Part shown: in pieces, positions 11,601 to 26,200 of the stretch
Layout of the letters: each line of letters starts with the position of its first letter
How positions within the stretch are numbered: the stretch's first letter is position 1
DNA from: Octopus vulgaris
Lineage: Eukaryota
Assembly: GCA_951406725.2 (NCBI GenBank)
Contig: OX597831.1
Coordinates: 83,638,001 to 83,702,000, forward strand
Reading direction: 5' to 3'
DNA: 64,000 nucleotides
Program-made: the position numbers and the translations under genes
The notes under the pieces: generated by a model
Databases searched by the model: none
What the model saw: the letters and a program-made list of their open reading frames with translations, nothing else
Told to the model about the DNA's origin: nothing

Positions 11601-14600
11601 TCTTCTACTTGTAATTTTCTCTGTCATAACAGAGACATTTAAGACTGGCTGTCCACAGGAATTTCTGTATAAATGACTTTGTTATTGTAATTGAATCCAT
11701 AGAAAATTTAGAGAAAAAATTCCAGACATAGAAGAATTATCTAAAATCAAGAAACTTCAGACTCCTGCTCCTCATTGATGACAGCATTCATCATCATCTT
11801 TGACTTTCATTCTTTTTTCATAATCTTGTCTCCCTCCTAGTGTTCTCGCTTCTCCTCCCATGATGCTACTCAGGTTGTTTTTACATTCTTTCTCATTACC
11901 AATAGCAACATGTAACCATCACTATCTCTCTTCCACCACCCTCTCCTTTGTCACCTTCCCACTCTAATTACTATTTCTCTCTCTCTTTCTCTCTCTTTCA
12001 TCACTCGCTGTTATGTTGCCTTGAACAAATGGTGAAAACATTGTATATTCTCTATGGGAACCAGATATCTTTCCCAGTGCTGTTATGATAGAATAAACCC
12101 TCTCCACTCGATTAAATGGCTGATACTAGAAAAAGCATCCAGGCATAGTCCCTGAGCAGTAACCTCAAGTAAGAAGTGATTTGAACAGTGACACACCATC
12201 ATTGCCACAGCAGCATGGAAAAGCAGACAGAAGAGTATTGATGATGATGATGCTGATGATGACAACAACAACAATATCGATGTCAATGACAATGACAATG
12301 TTAACAATGATTTTGAGGATAATTTTAATAAGCATCTCTTGCTGTTACATTTTAACATCTTCAAACAAAGACATATCTTGATAAATTGTTAAAAATAGCA
12401 ATGAAACTGTTTCTATTTTCATGAAAGCCAATTAGAGAATTCCTTTTCTGGATCTAATTTCATGATAACACTAAATGCTTATAGACTTATTTATTCATAA
12501 CCCATGATGTATTGATAATGTAAAAAGTAAATTCACCAAGTTGTGACTCGGGCATTAAAAGAGATGAGTGAATTTGTTTATCAAAGGGGAAAGCCGACTG
12601 CCATAAAATTGAAGATAAACTCCCAACAAACCAATTCTTGTAATCTAGTTTCAACTCTTAATTTTTTGTCTTTGTTTTTCAATTGTTTCTGATGATGTTG
12701 TTGTGTTTAGTTTTTATCTAGGTCAGTAGATATTTGGCAAACACAGCAGATCAAAGAAACCATTCGGTCAGTTTTTCCAGCAGCTTTCCTCTGTTGCTGG
12801 GATGCATTATCTTGTTTTGGAACATAAACAAATCATTCCTATGTTAAAATAAGAGTTTTTTGGTAGTAATCTAGTTACTACACTAAACATGTGAAACAGT
12901 TATGTAGAAGCTACTGTCTTGTTCATACTGTATACACCGCAATAACAAAAAACACTACTGATGATGTTTGTTCTGAATAGTTCCAATGTCAGAAGTAATT
13001 ACATCTTATTGTTGCCATCAAAACTTGATGCTTGTCTCAGTAAACTTAGTTTCCATAAAATATCTAGTGAAAATCGTTTTGAAGTAAATCAGTTTAATAA
13101 TTCAGCCTTTATTGTAAATTAGAGGCATAAATATTGGATCATCCCACAAATATTGCAGTTTTTTAGTACTTCTTTTATGCTTCAAAATTAAAATGAAGTT
13201 CTCTTTTAATCTAAAATATACTCTCCTTCATTTTCTACAAAACTCTTCCATCTATCTGGTAGACTTGCAAAGCCTATCTTCCAAAATTCACTTGTCCATG
13301 ATGAAAAATAATCCTCCAGTACTGTTCTGACCTCATCTACAGAATTCATATTTTTTCCTTCCAAATGATTTTGAAGATTGCAGAATAAATGATAATCAGA
13401 TGGAGCAATGTCCAGTGAATATGGTGGATGGGGCATCATTTCTCATTCAAACTACTCCAGCCTTTGGAATGTCATCCTTGCATTATCCTGATGGAAGAAC
13501 ACCTTTCATCTTGAAACCAAAGATGGTCGTTTTCCTTCTGGCACCGACTTAAGCTGCTCACAGTGGATCTCCTTTGTTATTGTTTGGTTTGGGTTTAAAA
13601 GTTTAAATTGGACTAAACCGTTCATATCCCAACAAACAGATATCAATACCTTACATGGGTGAAGACCTTCTTTAGCCTGGAGTGTTGGTGTTTCTCCTTC
13701 CCTTACCTGCTGTCTTTGACACACATTTTTATAAAGAACCCATTTCTTGTCACCAATCACTATTTGATCCAAAAAGGGTTGATTCATGAGACGTGACAGT
13801 AAAGAAGAACACACATTCACTCTCTGTCTGTGATCAGACTTGGGAAGTCTCTCGAGGATCCCATTGACCCAATTTGCTGACTTTTCTGATGGTATGCAGG
13901 TGTCACTGAATGGTTGAATGAACAAATCCAAACTTCTCTGCTAGTTCCTCAACAGTTATGATGGGATTTTGTTCTACCAGGGTTTGAAAGATATTCTTGT
14001 TGAGCTCTACAGATCTTCCAGGATGAGGCTGTAGTTTCTGGCTCAGAATTTCTGGAACCACCATTGATGCTGGCTTATGCTTATTGTCTGATCCCCATGT
14101 ACTGCATCAATATTCCTCACACTTTCCATTATGTTGTTGCCTTTATTGAACTCATAAAGCAAAATATGCCAAATATATTCCTTCGTCACTTCCAGTATAG
14201 CTTTGAAAAAATAACTATTAAAATCAAAATGAACTCTTCAAAACTTGCACTAAGAATAAGCACAAGATAAAATTACTACCTGTTTTACAGCAAGTTGATG
14301 CAGGGAGTTTATTCCATCCCCCTACAACTTTTAGTTCATGCAATTGAAAACAACTGCATTATTTGTGGGATGATCCAATATTAATTACAATGGAAACAAG
14401 TTGTGAAAAAGCAGCGAAAATCAAAGAATTTTCCTGAGAGGAAGCTGAGAACAAAAGAGATGCATTGTGTAGTATGCTTTATATAAACCAACCTGAGGAT
14501 TGTCTAAGAAATTTTCATTATTTCCACATCCTCCCCATCTGTTAGGTGGTTTCCATTCTCCTTTATAGATAAATTCTTTCCATGTCATTTTCCAGGTCAA

Positions 14601-16109
14601 CCTCTTGGTGTTCACAATATGACAAATATCAATGTCAGTATAGAATTGACAAAAATCATCAAACGCCATCCTACAAATTAGAAATTAACCAGCATTAGGT
14701 GACAATTTGGAAAAGATAGGATTTTCAGCCAAAGAAATTGATCCCTGCAAATTAGAGATACAGTCTGTAAGTGGAACAGTAAACATGTGTAAGATATTTC
14801 TAAAGTTCAACATGGAACACTTATTATTTTTGTAATCAAAATTTCTTTCTATGAAACCAGCCACTTCTATTTAGGAAGAAGTCAAATAATAGAAAAGGAC
14901 TAGCAGAGATACCCGGTGTTGCTCGGTTACATTCAATTGAAGAATTAGCCTTTTCTGTTATATTTTCTGAAATGAACTGGAATATCTATGTTTCGAATTT
15001 CATCAAAATTGCAGATGAAGGTTATTTCCCTCTTTACACACCCTAGAAGAATTGTAATCGTGCCACATGTATCCCATACTACTGATTTTTATGCGCAGAT
15101 TCCAAAATTCCAGTCTTATAGAACCTGTTAAAAGGATTTTGCCCCTGAAAAATGAAGGTCATGGAGCTCTAAAATGTGAGAGTTAAAGCCTCTATTGGGG
15201 GTGGGTTTCTTAATGTTAACCAGAGAAGTTGAATTGCTGAGAATCTTTTTAACTTGGGTCTTATTTCTATTGTTTGAATTTCTTTGAAATAGGAAATATA
15301 TGTATGTTCACTGGGTTTGTTAAAAGAGAGCAAAGCTACAGGAAACCAGAAGACAAATGATCACAATAAGCAGTCAGCTACCCTACCCTAGTTGTTATCA
15401 CTTCCAATGTAGGTTCCCTCACCATACAGATGACAGGCACAGCCGTAAGATGCATAACGGATCTATAGCAATTGGAAGGGTGTGACCCAACTGAAATCAA
15501 CATTAACAACTGTGCGACGTGAGGGCTAAGGAGAAATTAAAGTGTCACGTCTGGAGTTTGCAAATGACCACTATACTGATATGTAACTGGACAGAATAAA
15601 TTTACAATCTATAAATGTCTTTGACTAACTAGTCACTCATCTGGGAAGGCCTTGAAATCAATGTTACCATCTGGGGACTATGTGTGACCCAGTGATAATA
15701 AAAAGACTGAAAGGAGGACTGCAACCAAATAACTTTACTCAACACTTTGCAACTGAATCAGTTGTGCCATTGAATTAGAAATAATGCCCAACTTTTATGC
15801 TCAGGTAACGCTAAATCTTCCAAGAGCACAACTGTATTCGTTTTTGCTTAGATAAAATGACAAAATTTTCTAACTTGTAAAAAGATGAAATTTTATAAAT
15901 ATTACTTCATTTGTGTCTAATATCTATGGTTAAAATTTCATCAACAGCAAAAATATATGAATTGTCATGGGGGATATGGCCCTTATGCATAGAATATAAT
16001 TTCCAAATCTCATGAAGTACTTTTGACCTAGTTTTGGATCATAAAAGAAATGACTAAAATTTGGGAGTTAAGGCTCCCATTAGGGTGTCATATATATATA
16101 TATATATAT

Positions 16110-16204
<95 letters not shown>

Positions 16205-19200
16205 TACACACACACACACACATACAAAGATAAATTGATAGATACAACTGAGTGGGCAAACAAAAATATGAGACACAACCTAGTGCTTTTTTTATGTTGA
16301 TAAGCCTGGTGCTTATTCTATTAGTTTGTTCTTGTGAAACCAGTAAGTTATTGGATGTAAATAAATGAACAGCAGTTGTGAAGCAGTGATGAGGGAGAAA
16401 TACAAAGACTTACATATATACATACATATATATATGATTGATTTGTTTCAGTTCCTGTCTACGAAATCCGTATATATTGTTGTTGACATCTTTTTTGTCT
16501 TGGGAGACAATGGAGTTGCACATAAAATAATCTAGTAAGGCTTTTGCATTTCATGTCCTAATACAGCTCCTGCTGTGGCTGTGTAGTCCTATCTTGGACA
16601 AACACTCCCTCTGGCAGATGCCGCAAATGTAGCTGGCTGGTTGTTATGTCATAGTTTCTTGTTGACGTCTTGTCATTCCATTTCTCCTCTCTCTCTATGT
16701 CACTCCTTTGTGTTCCCTCTTTTACGGTACGTCGCCAATCTCCACAGTTGCTGGCAACTGCTTCCCAATTGGTAATATTAATGTTGCAGGCATTCATGTC
16801 CCTTTTGCAAACATCCTTGTAGCATAAGAACAGTCTTCCCACAGACCTAGTGCCCCTAGCAAGCTCTCCGTTGAGTATGTCCTTGGGGATTCTGCCATCT
16901 TCCACACGGCTAACATATCCAAGCCATCTCATACATCTTTGTGTGAGGAGTGCAAACATGCTTGTATTCCTGCTTGCTTGAGGACATCTTTGTTGGGGAC
17001 ATGATTCTGCCATTTGATGCGAAGGATTTTGCGGAGGCAGCACAGGTGAAAGATATTTAGATGACACTCTTGGCATGTGTATGGCGTCCAAGTCTCACTT
17101 CCATACAGTAGAGTGCTAAGTACCCATGCCTGGTAAATCTTCATTTTTGTGATCTTGGTCAGCTTATTGTTGTCCCATGCCCATTTGGAGAGTTGGGCCA
17201 TCACAGAAGCTGTCTTGCCAATGCGTATATTGAGCTCAGCATCAAGGGATAGGTTGTAGGTGACTGTAGAGCCAAGATAGGTAAACTTCTCCATCTGTAG
17301 TCTGTGGTCTCCAATATGTATGTTTGGGATGTCCGATGTAGCCTGACCCATGATGTTGATTTTCTTGAGGCTGATAACTAAGCCAAAGTCACTACATGCT
17401 TGCTCATAACAGTTGATGAGCCTTTGTAGGGCTTCTTCTGTGTGTGATACCAGAGCAGCATCATCAGCAAATAGCATCTTCTTGATCAGGACGCTTCTGA
17501 TTTTGGTCTTGGCACACAGACGCGAGAGATTGAACAGTTTCCCGTCACTCCATCATCTGATGTCTCAAAGGCATGTGACAGCAGCAACGAGAAGAAGATG
17601 CCAAATAATGTAGGAGCAAGGACACAACCTTGCTTTACCCCATTTTTTATTTGGAAGGCAGCTGATGTTGAACCATTGTGCTGTATGGTGCCTTGCCTAT
17701 CATCATGGAAAGATTTGATAATCCTCAGCAGCTTTGGTGGACATCCAATTTTTTTTTTTAGTGCAAGATGAAGAGGCCTTTTCTACTTACCAAGTCAAAG
17801 GCCTTTGTCAGATCAATGAAGGCCATATATAATGGCATTTTCTGCTCTCTGGACTTCTCCTGAAGTTGGCGTATGGAGAATATCATGTCAATAGTTGATC
17901 TGCTTCTTCTAAACCACACTGCAATTCTGAATAAATTCGAGAAGCAAGCAGTTGTAGCCTGGACAGGATAATGTGAGCAAAGGCCTTTCCAACAGTGCTT
18001 AGAAGAGATATTCTATGGTAATTGTTACAATCACCCAGGTCACTTTTGTTTTTGTAAAGCGTAACGATGTTAGCATTCCGTATATCCTGAGGGACTGTAC
18101 CCTCTTCCCAGCACTGACACAGAAGCTCATGAATGTGCCGAAGCAGGATGGTATTTTTGACAGTTTTGATGATCTCTAAGGGGATGCCGTCTTTTCCTGA
18201 GCCTTGTTACTTGCTAGGAAGTCAATAGCCTTGGTGAGCTCTGCTATAGATGGCAGACTGTCAAGTTCGCACATGACTAGCAAGATCTTGACACCCTCGA
18301 TTGCAGCCTCAGCTACCGTGGTCTCTCGTGAGTAGAGATCCTAGTAGTACTCCACCCATCTATCCATTTGCTTGCTTTGGTCCTTGATGAGATCTCCAGT
18401 AGTTGATTTCGGAGGGACTGACTTGGTTGCGGATGGACCGAGGGCCTTCTTCAAACTGGCATACATCCCACGGGTGTCACCACTGTCAGCAGCTGACTGG
18501 ATACTCTGACAGATTTCCTGCCAATACCTATGTGCACAGTGTCTGGCAGTCAGTTGGGTTTTATTTCTTGCCTTTCTGAGTTTTTCGAGTGACTTTGTAG
18601 AAGAAACCCTCTTGTATTGCATCAGAGCTGCACGCTTTGCTTCAATAACTGTTTCCAGCTCTGAGAGCCCAGCATTGAACCAATCTGGGTTTTGCATTTC
18701 TCTAATGCTGAAAGTATCTATTGATGTGGTATACAAAGCTTCCCTGATATAATTCCACCTACTTTCAGCAGAGGAGGTTGGGTAGCTACTGAGGGCAACA
18801 AAACATTGTCGCAGTGTAGGGTCCGAGGTTCTGGCAGTGTTAATGCGTGGTCAGCCCATTTTCTTGGAGTGATGGACATTTTTAGGCAGAATCTTCACCC
18901 TGCTTCTAATTAGTGAATGATCTGTGTCACAATCTACGCTGTGGTCACTACGGGTCAGTTGAACAGAATTCAGAAAGGATCTTGGTGTAATGATGAGATC
19001 CAGCTGATGCCAGTGGTGAGATCTTGGATGTCTCCAAGATGCCTTGTGGGATGTCTTGTTGGTGAAGAATGTGTTGGCGATGCACAGGTTATGGTATGTG
19101 CAAAATTCAAGTAGTCTCTGACCATTGTCATTCATGTTGCCAGTACCGAAACACATACACTTACATATATACATACATATATATATACAATTGATTTGTT

Positions 19201-19222
19201 TCAGTTCCTGTCTACGAAATCC

Positions 19223-19266
<44 letters not shown>

Positions 19267-19684
19267 ATGTATGTATGTATATACACACACACACACACAA
19301 AGATAAATTGATAGATACAACTGAGTGGGCAAACGAAAATATGAGACACTGTGTAGTGTTTTTTATATTTTGATAAGCCTGGTACTTATTCTATCAGTTT
19401 CTTCTTGTGAAACCAGTAAGTTATGGGGATGTAAATAAAAGAACACCAGTTGTGAAGCAGTGATGAGGGAGAAACACAAATACACACACATAGACTTACA
19501 TATATACATACATACACATACAATTGATTTCTTTCAGTTTCTGTTCACAAAATCCACTGACAAGGCTTTGGTTGGTCTGAGGCTATAGCAGAAGACACAT
19601 GCTAAGTTACCACACAGTGGGACTGAACTGAGGACCATGTGTTTTGGAACCAAGTTTGTTACCACACAGCCACACCTGCACCTA

Positions 19685-19720
<36 letters not shown>

Positions 19721-22700
19721 GTGTGTATGGTGTATATATGTATGCATGTATATATGTGTATATATATGTGTACGTATTACATGTACATCTATATATATAC
19801 ATCTAGACATACATGTATATCTATAGAAATACATCTATACATATACAGCTATACATATACATGTATATATATATAGCTATATATATATACACGTGTATAT
19901 ATATATATATCCATATATATACATATTATTATATTTCGGAATGGTCATTTTGCCAGTTTAGCCAATAAAAACACACGCACTATATATTTGGTGTTACTTT
20001 GCTTCAGTGTTATTTATTTTTTACATTAATCTTAATCTTATTTTGGCCAGAGTTCTTTCTTATTTGTGTCTCTCCTTACTAACCGTCAGCCATTTTGTAT
20101 TTCTATTGTATGTCTTCATTTGCGCATGCTTATATCTCTAAGTGCAACTATGTTTATTTAGTGTGTGTGTGTGGGGGGGATGCCTGTAATATTTGTATCT
20201 TCTGTTTATATACGTTCATGTAATTTGTTTTTGTTTTTGTTGTTTTTGTTTATTCTTATTTTGTTCATGTGTTTACATCCACTTATTATTATCATTACAT
20301 ATGCTTGTATGTATGTATAACAACAATACTAGTAATAATAATAATAAATTTAAAACATCTTTTAAATTAAAAAAAACAATTTATATAGTTATTTATTTCT
20401 ATTTGTTTATTTATCTGTGTATTTTATTTATTATGTTTTCGGTTTTGTTTATATTGTAACCAGTTTATTGGGATCCTCTACCGTCATATGTTGTGGTGTG
20501 TGCTAGTGTTCCATTCCAGTTTCCTATTCAGGCTAGGTTTATTTTCTATTATGTGTGTAGCTTCTGTAATTTGTCTGATTGTTGCATCTGTTCTATGTGT
20601 GGACAATATATTAATTTCTATGTTGTTGATTGGTCCCCCGTGTTCCTGTTCGGCGTGTTGGTACAGAATCGATGAGTTTTTACCTTCCTTGAGTTCTCTC
20701 CAATGTCATTTACCCGCTCTGCTATGCTTCTTGCCGTTTCCCCTACGTATGTCATTGTCTTGTTACTGCATCGTTCCTCTATACATCTTATACTATAGAC
20801 TACATTTCTGGCTTTACAGTTTGTTTGTGGGCTAAATCTACATACAGTACAGTACTTATCCGTACAGGGGGTTCTACTAAAAGGATAGGTTCTACCGATT
20901 ATAGATTTGATAGGGTTGCTTGGCTTTTCAACAACCTTAATCCTTAGCTTAAGTTTGTCTAGGGTCCTTCTAAAGTGGTTAGCCAGTTCACCTCCAGGGG
21001 TGGTGTCAACGAACATGACACTCTGGTATTTATAGCTATCATACCAAGAGTTGGCCTTCCCTATTTTCTTTTTTGTCCTTTCTATAGTGTTCCATGACTT
21101 GTTCCTATAGAGTGGGCAAATACCATTCCTATCATTACATAATATATTATCAAATTTCTTCATGGCTCCTTTGTATACTCTGATCCTTTCTTTATGGCTG
21201 TAACCTGAGAACTGCATGCGGTGAATGAAATATTGTATGTGTCTCTTTAACTCTGTAGGCTCGCACATGCGTGACACATTTCTCATTATTCTGACAAGGT
21301 CTGCCATCAAAATATTGAATTTGGCATTGTCCGCAATGGCTGAGTCCCGGTGGATCAAGTATTTTGAGGCCATAGGTTTGGCATAGTATGAATGAAGGAT
21401 TTGGGTTTTATTTTTCACAATTTCTAGCCAGAGTTCAGTGTCTAGTACTGGTAGTCTATGGTTGGGGTGTTTAGTGGGGTAGTCTATTGTGACCTTTATA
21501 CTCTGGTGGATGGAGTTAACTATTTGCTGGATGCTCTCCATAGTATTAGTTTCTATTACTATATCAACAGTTACTCTCTTGTGGGGGTGCCTTTACCACT
21601 ATGTTGATATCATCAACATAGAGAGAGTACATGTTTACGAGTATGGAGTTCTGTGTTAGGCGTTCTTTAAGCCTTCTGTCCCACCATACCATGAAAAGGT
21701 TGGCCACATTCCCAGCGATACTAACGCCGATGGCTGCCCCCTCGTCCTGGGCTTATATTTTATTGTTAAACTTAAACGTGTGGCCTTTTAGGGTAACTCT
21801 TATACTAGTTCCTAGTGCATGTGCGATCATTTTCTTTACCTGATGGACATTTGCGGGGCTCCGTATGGCTCTGGTCCATCCACGCCATCTTTCTATATGG
21901 GTCTTCCTAGCCATAGAAGTAATTGTGGGTGGTCTACCTCTTAAACATCTACTGGGGCAGAAACTACTAAGATTATGTTTATCTAGGTATTCATTGTTAC
22001 ATGTCAGTCTAAGTAGGAGGCCCAGTTCCTCTGTGTTGACATTACGGAACTCCACCTGGCTCTCGTTGATCATCTCCACGCACTTCTCCACCGCAAAATC
22101 TACGTCGATCGATGGGTATAGGGATACCACATCCATGCTACCCACCATACATCCTGTCAGGTCACAAGTGTTGTTACAGTCATTGATCCTACTGAGGAGA
22201 TCTTCTGTGCTATCACAAACATCAGGTGACATCCGGATTATAGGGCGTATGATCATTGAGAGGAAGTAGGAGATCCTGTAATTGCTAGCGATATTCGCTC
22301 CACAGACTGGTCTTGTTGGTGGTCATGCTATAGGGTCAGTGGTTACTTTATGGTCTTTGCGAAGTCCATACAGTGCCAGGATATCATTGTTCCAGGCTTG
22401 GAAATTATTTGCTGTACGTTTCTGGGGTCCCAGAACAATTGTCCACATCATGTGGGCATTGAGGACCTTTTCTCTCTCCTCATGTGCCTGTAAAGTTGTT
22501 ATTTTTGTATTGGCGATATGAGGTTGCATTGCCTGGATGTAGTTCGGTAAGCTGTCTATTGACATCCTGCCGGACTTATCTGTAGGAAGGCATACCACCT
22601 CTCCGTTCCTCGTGCGCTGAATGAGCTTATGTAGGCCACATGCAGGTTTAATCCCGAGTTGTTGGGCCTCTGTCTTATTCTGTCTCTGTCTCTTAGTGGC

Positions 22701-22817
22701 TAAACTGGCAAAATGACCATTCCAAAATATAATAATATCTGTTTCAACACACGACTTCACATAAAAAATCTTGCACAACAAAAATATAAACGTACATATA
22801 TATACATGTATATATAT

Positions 22818-22859
<42 letters not shown>

Positions 22860-23194
22860 CTGAAATAGTGGAAAAGATATGATATTGCTGTGGGCTCGAC
22901 CTAGGCAAGAAATTAAACATTTTTTTGCCGATGACACTCCCCAGACCCTAAGTAAGGCATGTGTAAAATTTGAATGAAATTGGTTGTGTAGTTCTCAAGT
23001 TTTAGGGAAACACACAGACAGACAGACACACATTCTCAGTTTTATATATGTAGATAACTAACCAAACACACACACACAGACACACATGCAATTACATACA
23101 CCTTAAGGAATTATTATAATATTATTGTGCCTACTACCATCTACCTTTTCCATGTGGTACGCTTATGTCATCATCAAGAGAAGTTACAATTCAA

Positions 23195-23238
<44 letters not shown>

Positions 23239-26200
23239 AAAGAAAGAGAGAAGATAGGGAAAAAGAAAGAACAACAAAAAAAAGAATGAAAAACGATGCT
23301 ATAAAATTTCTATACAATTGCTGCTCATTCAACCTTGGTTCTAACGTGATTGGTTGATTCCTATTTCATAATGGTAAAAAAAAAATGCAATTACTTTCCA
23401 AACACCCTAATAGACATGATAGTTACTTAGAAAGATGGACAGACAGACAGACAGAGAAACGGATAAACAGACAGACAGAGGAACAAACAGACCCTGACAG
23501 ATAGACAGATGAGTCTACTAATATATCAAAAATTATGCAAATAGAGGGATATATTAATAGATATACAAATAGATAGATCACTGAAGTGAGTGAAGTGTAA
23601 AGAAATGTAAATATTCTTTATTGGTAAATAACTTGGACTGAGCCTTGGTGGTGGTTGGACAGCAAACAGACGAGTTTCTTCATAGATCTTTATTTTCGAA
23701 AATTCCTACACATGACACTTGTGTTTTAATGCAATTAATTACCGTCTGCTCAATTGAAACATTTGTTTATCGAATATGGAGAATGATAGATGACATTAAC
23801 TAAAAAGAAAAAGAATGAAAAGGACATACGGAGATGTACTTGCATAGTGGGTGACTTGATCTGAGACCATGTGCTGGAACGAAAACAATTGCAGTGTGGA
23901 AGGTATTTATAAGCCATTTAAGAAGCTTTATCAGTGAACATAGTCTCAAAGCGACGAAAATATTTTGACAAATTAAATTTAAATGTTGAAGTGAATCTAA
24001 CGGTTTTGTGTGTTTCTTAAACACCTTCCACGCTGCAAATGAAAAGGACAATTTTTCATAAAGTGAACGTGTACTACATGTAGGATGTGTCAGCCTCTAG
24101 AATAATTGCAGTGAAACTACCTCAATAATAGGTGCACAAGAAGGAATGCCCTTCTGAACACTTTGCCTAAAACTGTCTCCAAATGACTCCAACCTTCATT
24201 TCATTTTGGAACAAATTTCGACGAAGCCTTCCAGCTTCACAGACCCCAGTTGACCCGTCCAACCCATGCTAGCATGGAAAGCGGATGCTAAACGATGATG
24301 ATGATGATGTAAGGCAGTCCAACTGTCCGACAATGAATAAGGGACAGGGACAGACATTTATCAAAATTGCAAATAACAATCATTTAATCAATATGTCAGT
24401 CCAGATGAGATGCAGTTTGGTTTGTGCCAGGGAGAAGCACCACTGATGCTATGTTTCTGGTAAGGCAGCTGCAGAAGTACCTCTCCAAAGATAAACCTCT
24501 GTACCTGGCTTTCGTTGACATAGAGAAAGCCTTTGACAGGGTTCCCCAATCCCTTATCTGGTGGTCAGTGCAGAAACTAGGTATAGGCAAGAGGCTGGTA
24601 AGAGCTGTAGAAGTCATGTACTGCAATGAATTCAGGGTACAAGTAAGGGTTCACCAAAGGTCAGTCCTCAACACCGTCTTGCCCATAACAGGAATTTAAG
24701 GCAGGCTACCCCTGGTAGCTTCTCTATGCTGATGACCTAGTTTTTATAGCTGAATTATGACTAGAACTACGGAAGAAATTTCAGGTGTGGAGCAAGGTCT
24801 AGAATCAAAGGATCTTAGAGTTAACTTAGCAAAAACCAAAATCTTAGTAAGTAGGAAAGCAGACAAATCACAAATCCCTTCAGGTAGATGGTCCTGCTCA
24901 ATTTGTAGAAAGGGCATAAGTAGAAATTCCATAAGATGCACCCGGTGCAAGCTATGAGCACGTAAGAAGTGCAGCAATAACAGAGGAAGATTAACAGGGA
25001 AACTAGTGTTTGTGTGTGGATGGTGCACAGATGCAATTAATACTAAACACTTACAGAAAAATAGACTCCATCAACTGGCAGGGGATCAAGCTAGAGGTGG
25101 TAGATAGCTTCCATTATCTAGGTGACAATGTCAGTGGATGCTTCAAGAGTGTAGCTGCAAGAATAAGAATAGGCTGGGCAAACTTCAGAGAGCTCCCTCC
25201 TCGGTTGGTAACAAAGGGCTTCTCCCTCAGAGTGAAAGGCAGACTGTGTGCAAACAGCTATGCTACACACAGCAGTAAAACATGGGTTGAGGCCATCGGG
25301 GACATGTGTAAGTTGAAAGAAATGAAGTCAGTATGCTTCCCTGGATGTGTAATGTCAGTGTGCATGTACGACAGAGTGTGGGGGTCTTGAGAGAAAAGTT
25401 AGGTATAAGAGGCATCAGATGCAGTGTGCAAGAGAGACGACTGCACTGGCATGGTCATGTGATGCTGAACAGTAGATAGAACCAGTGTAAAGAAGTGCTG
25501 ACCTCTAACTGTGGAAGAGGTAGACTCAAGAAGACATGGGACAAGGTGATGAAGCATGGTCAGAGAGGCAATGACTAGTGACCGTAACCTTTGGGCAATA
25601 TGCTATGCTTGAGAAAACCTGTGAAGCCAAGTGAAAACATAATCAAGGCCAATGCCAGTGTCATGTAACTGGGAGGCAATGAGAAATGATTGAAAGCATT
25701 GGCAATATGCTCTTCTTGAGAAGAAGACCCATCAAGCCAAGTGAAATCACAGTCATGGCTGATACCAGTGTCATGCAACAAGCATCATGTAAAAGCACCC
25801 ATTACACTTTTGGAATGGTTGAGGTTAGGAAGGTCATCCAGTCATAGAAACCATGCCAAATCAGACTGGAGTCTGGTGCAGCCCTTCAGCTTACCAAACC
25901 GTCCAACCCTTGCCAGCATGGACCAATGCACATTAAATGATAATGATGATGATATGAATAAGCATTATCTTTTTAATTCATCTTTTATTTCCTTAGACTC
26001 TCAAGCACATCATATCTGTCAAATGTATAACAAAGTGGTAAGTAAGCAATACCTTTTTAAATGGGAGGATATCAAAAGAAATTTTGAAACTCCTTGCTTT
26101 TGTTCAGTATAATGTTTCAAATGTACTGACTTCTAAACTTTTTGTTAATTCTAGAGTTTACTATCAATTCAATTAAAAGGTGTAAACATATGATAATAGT

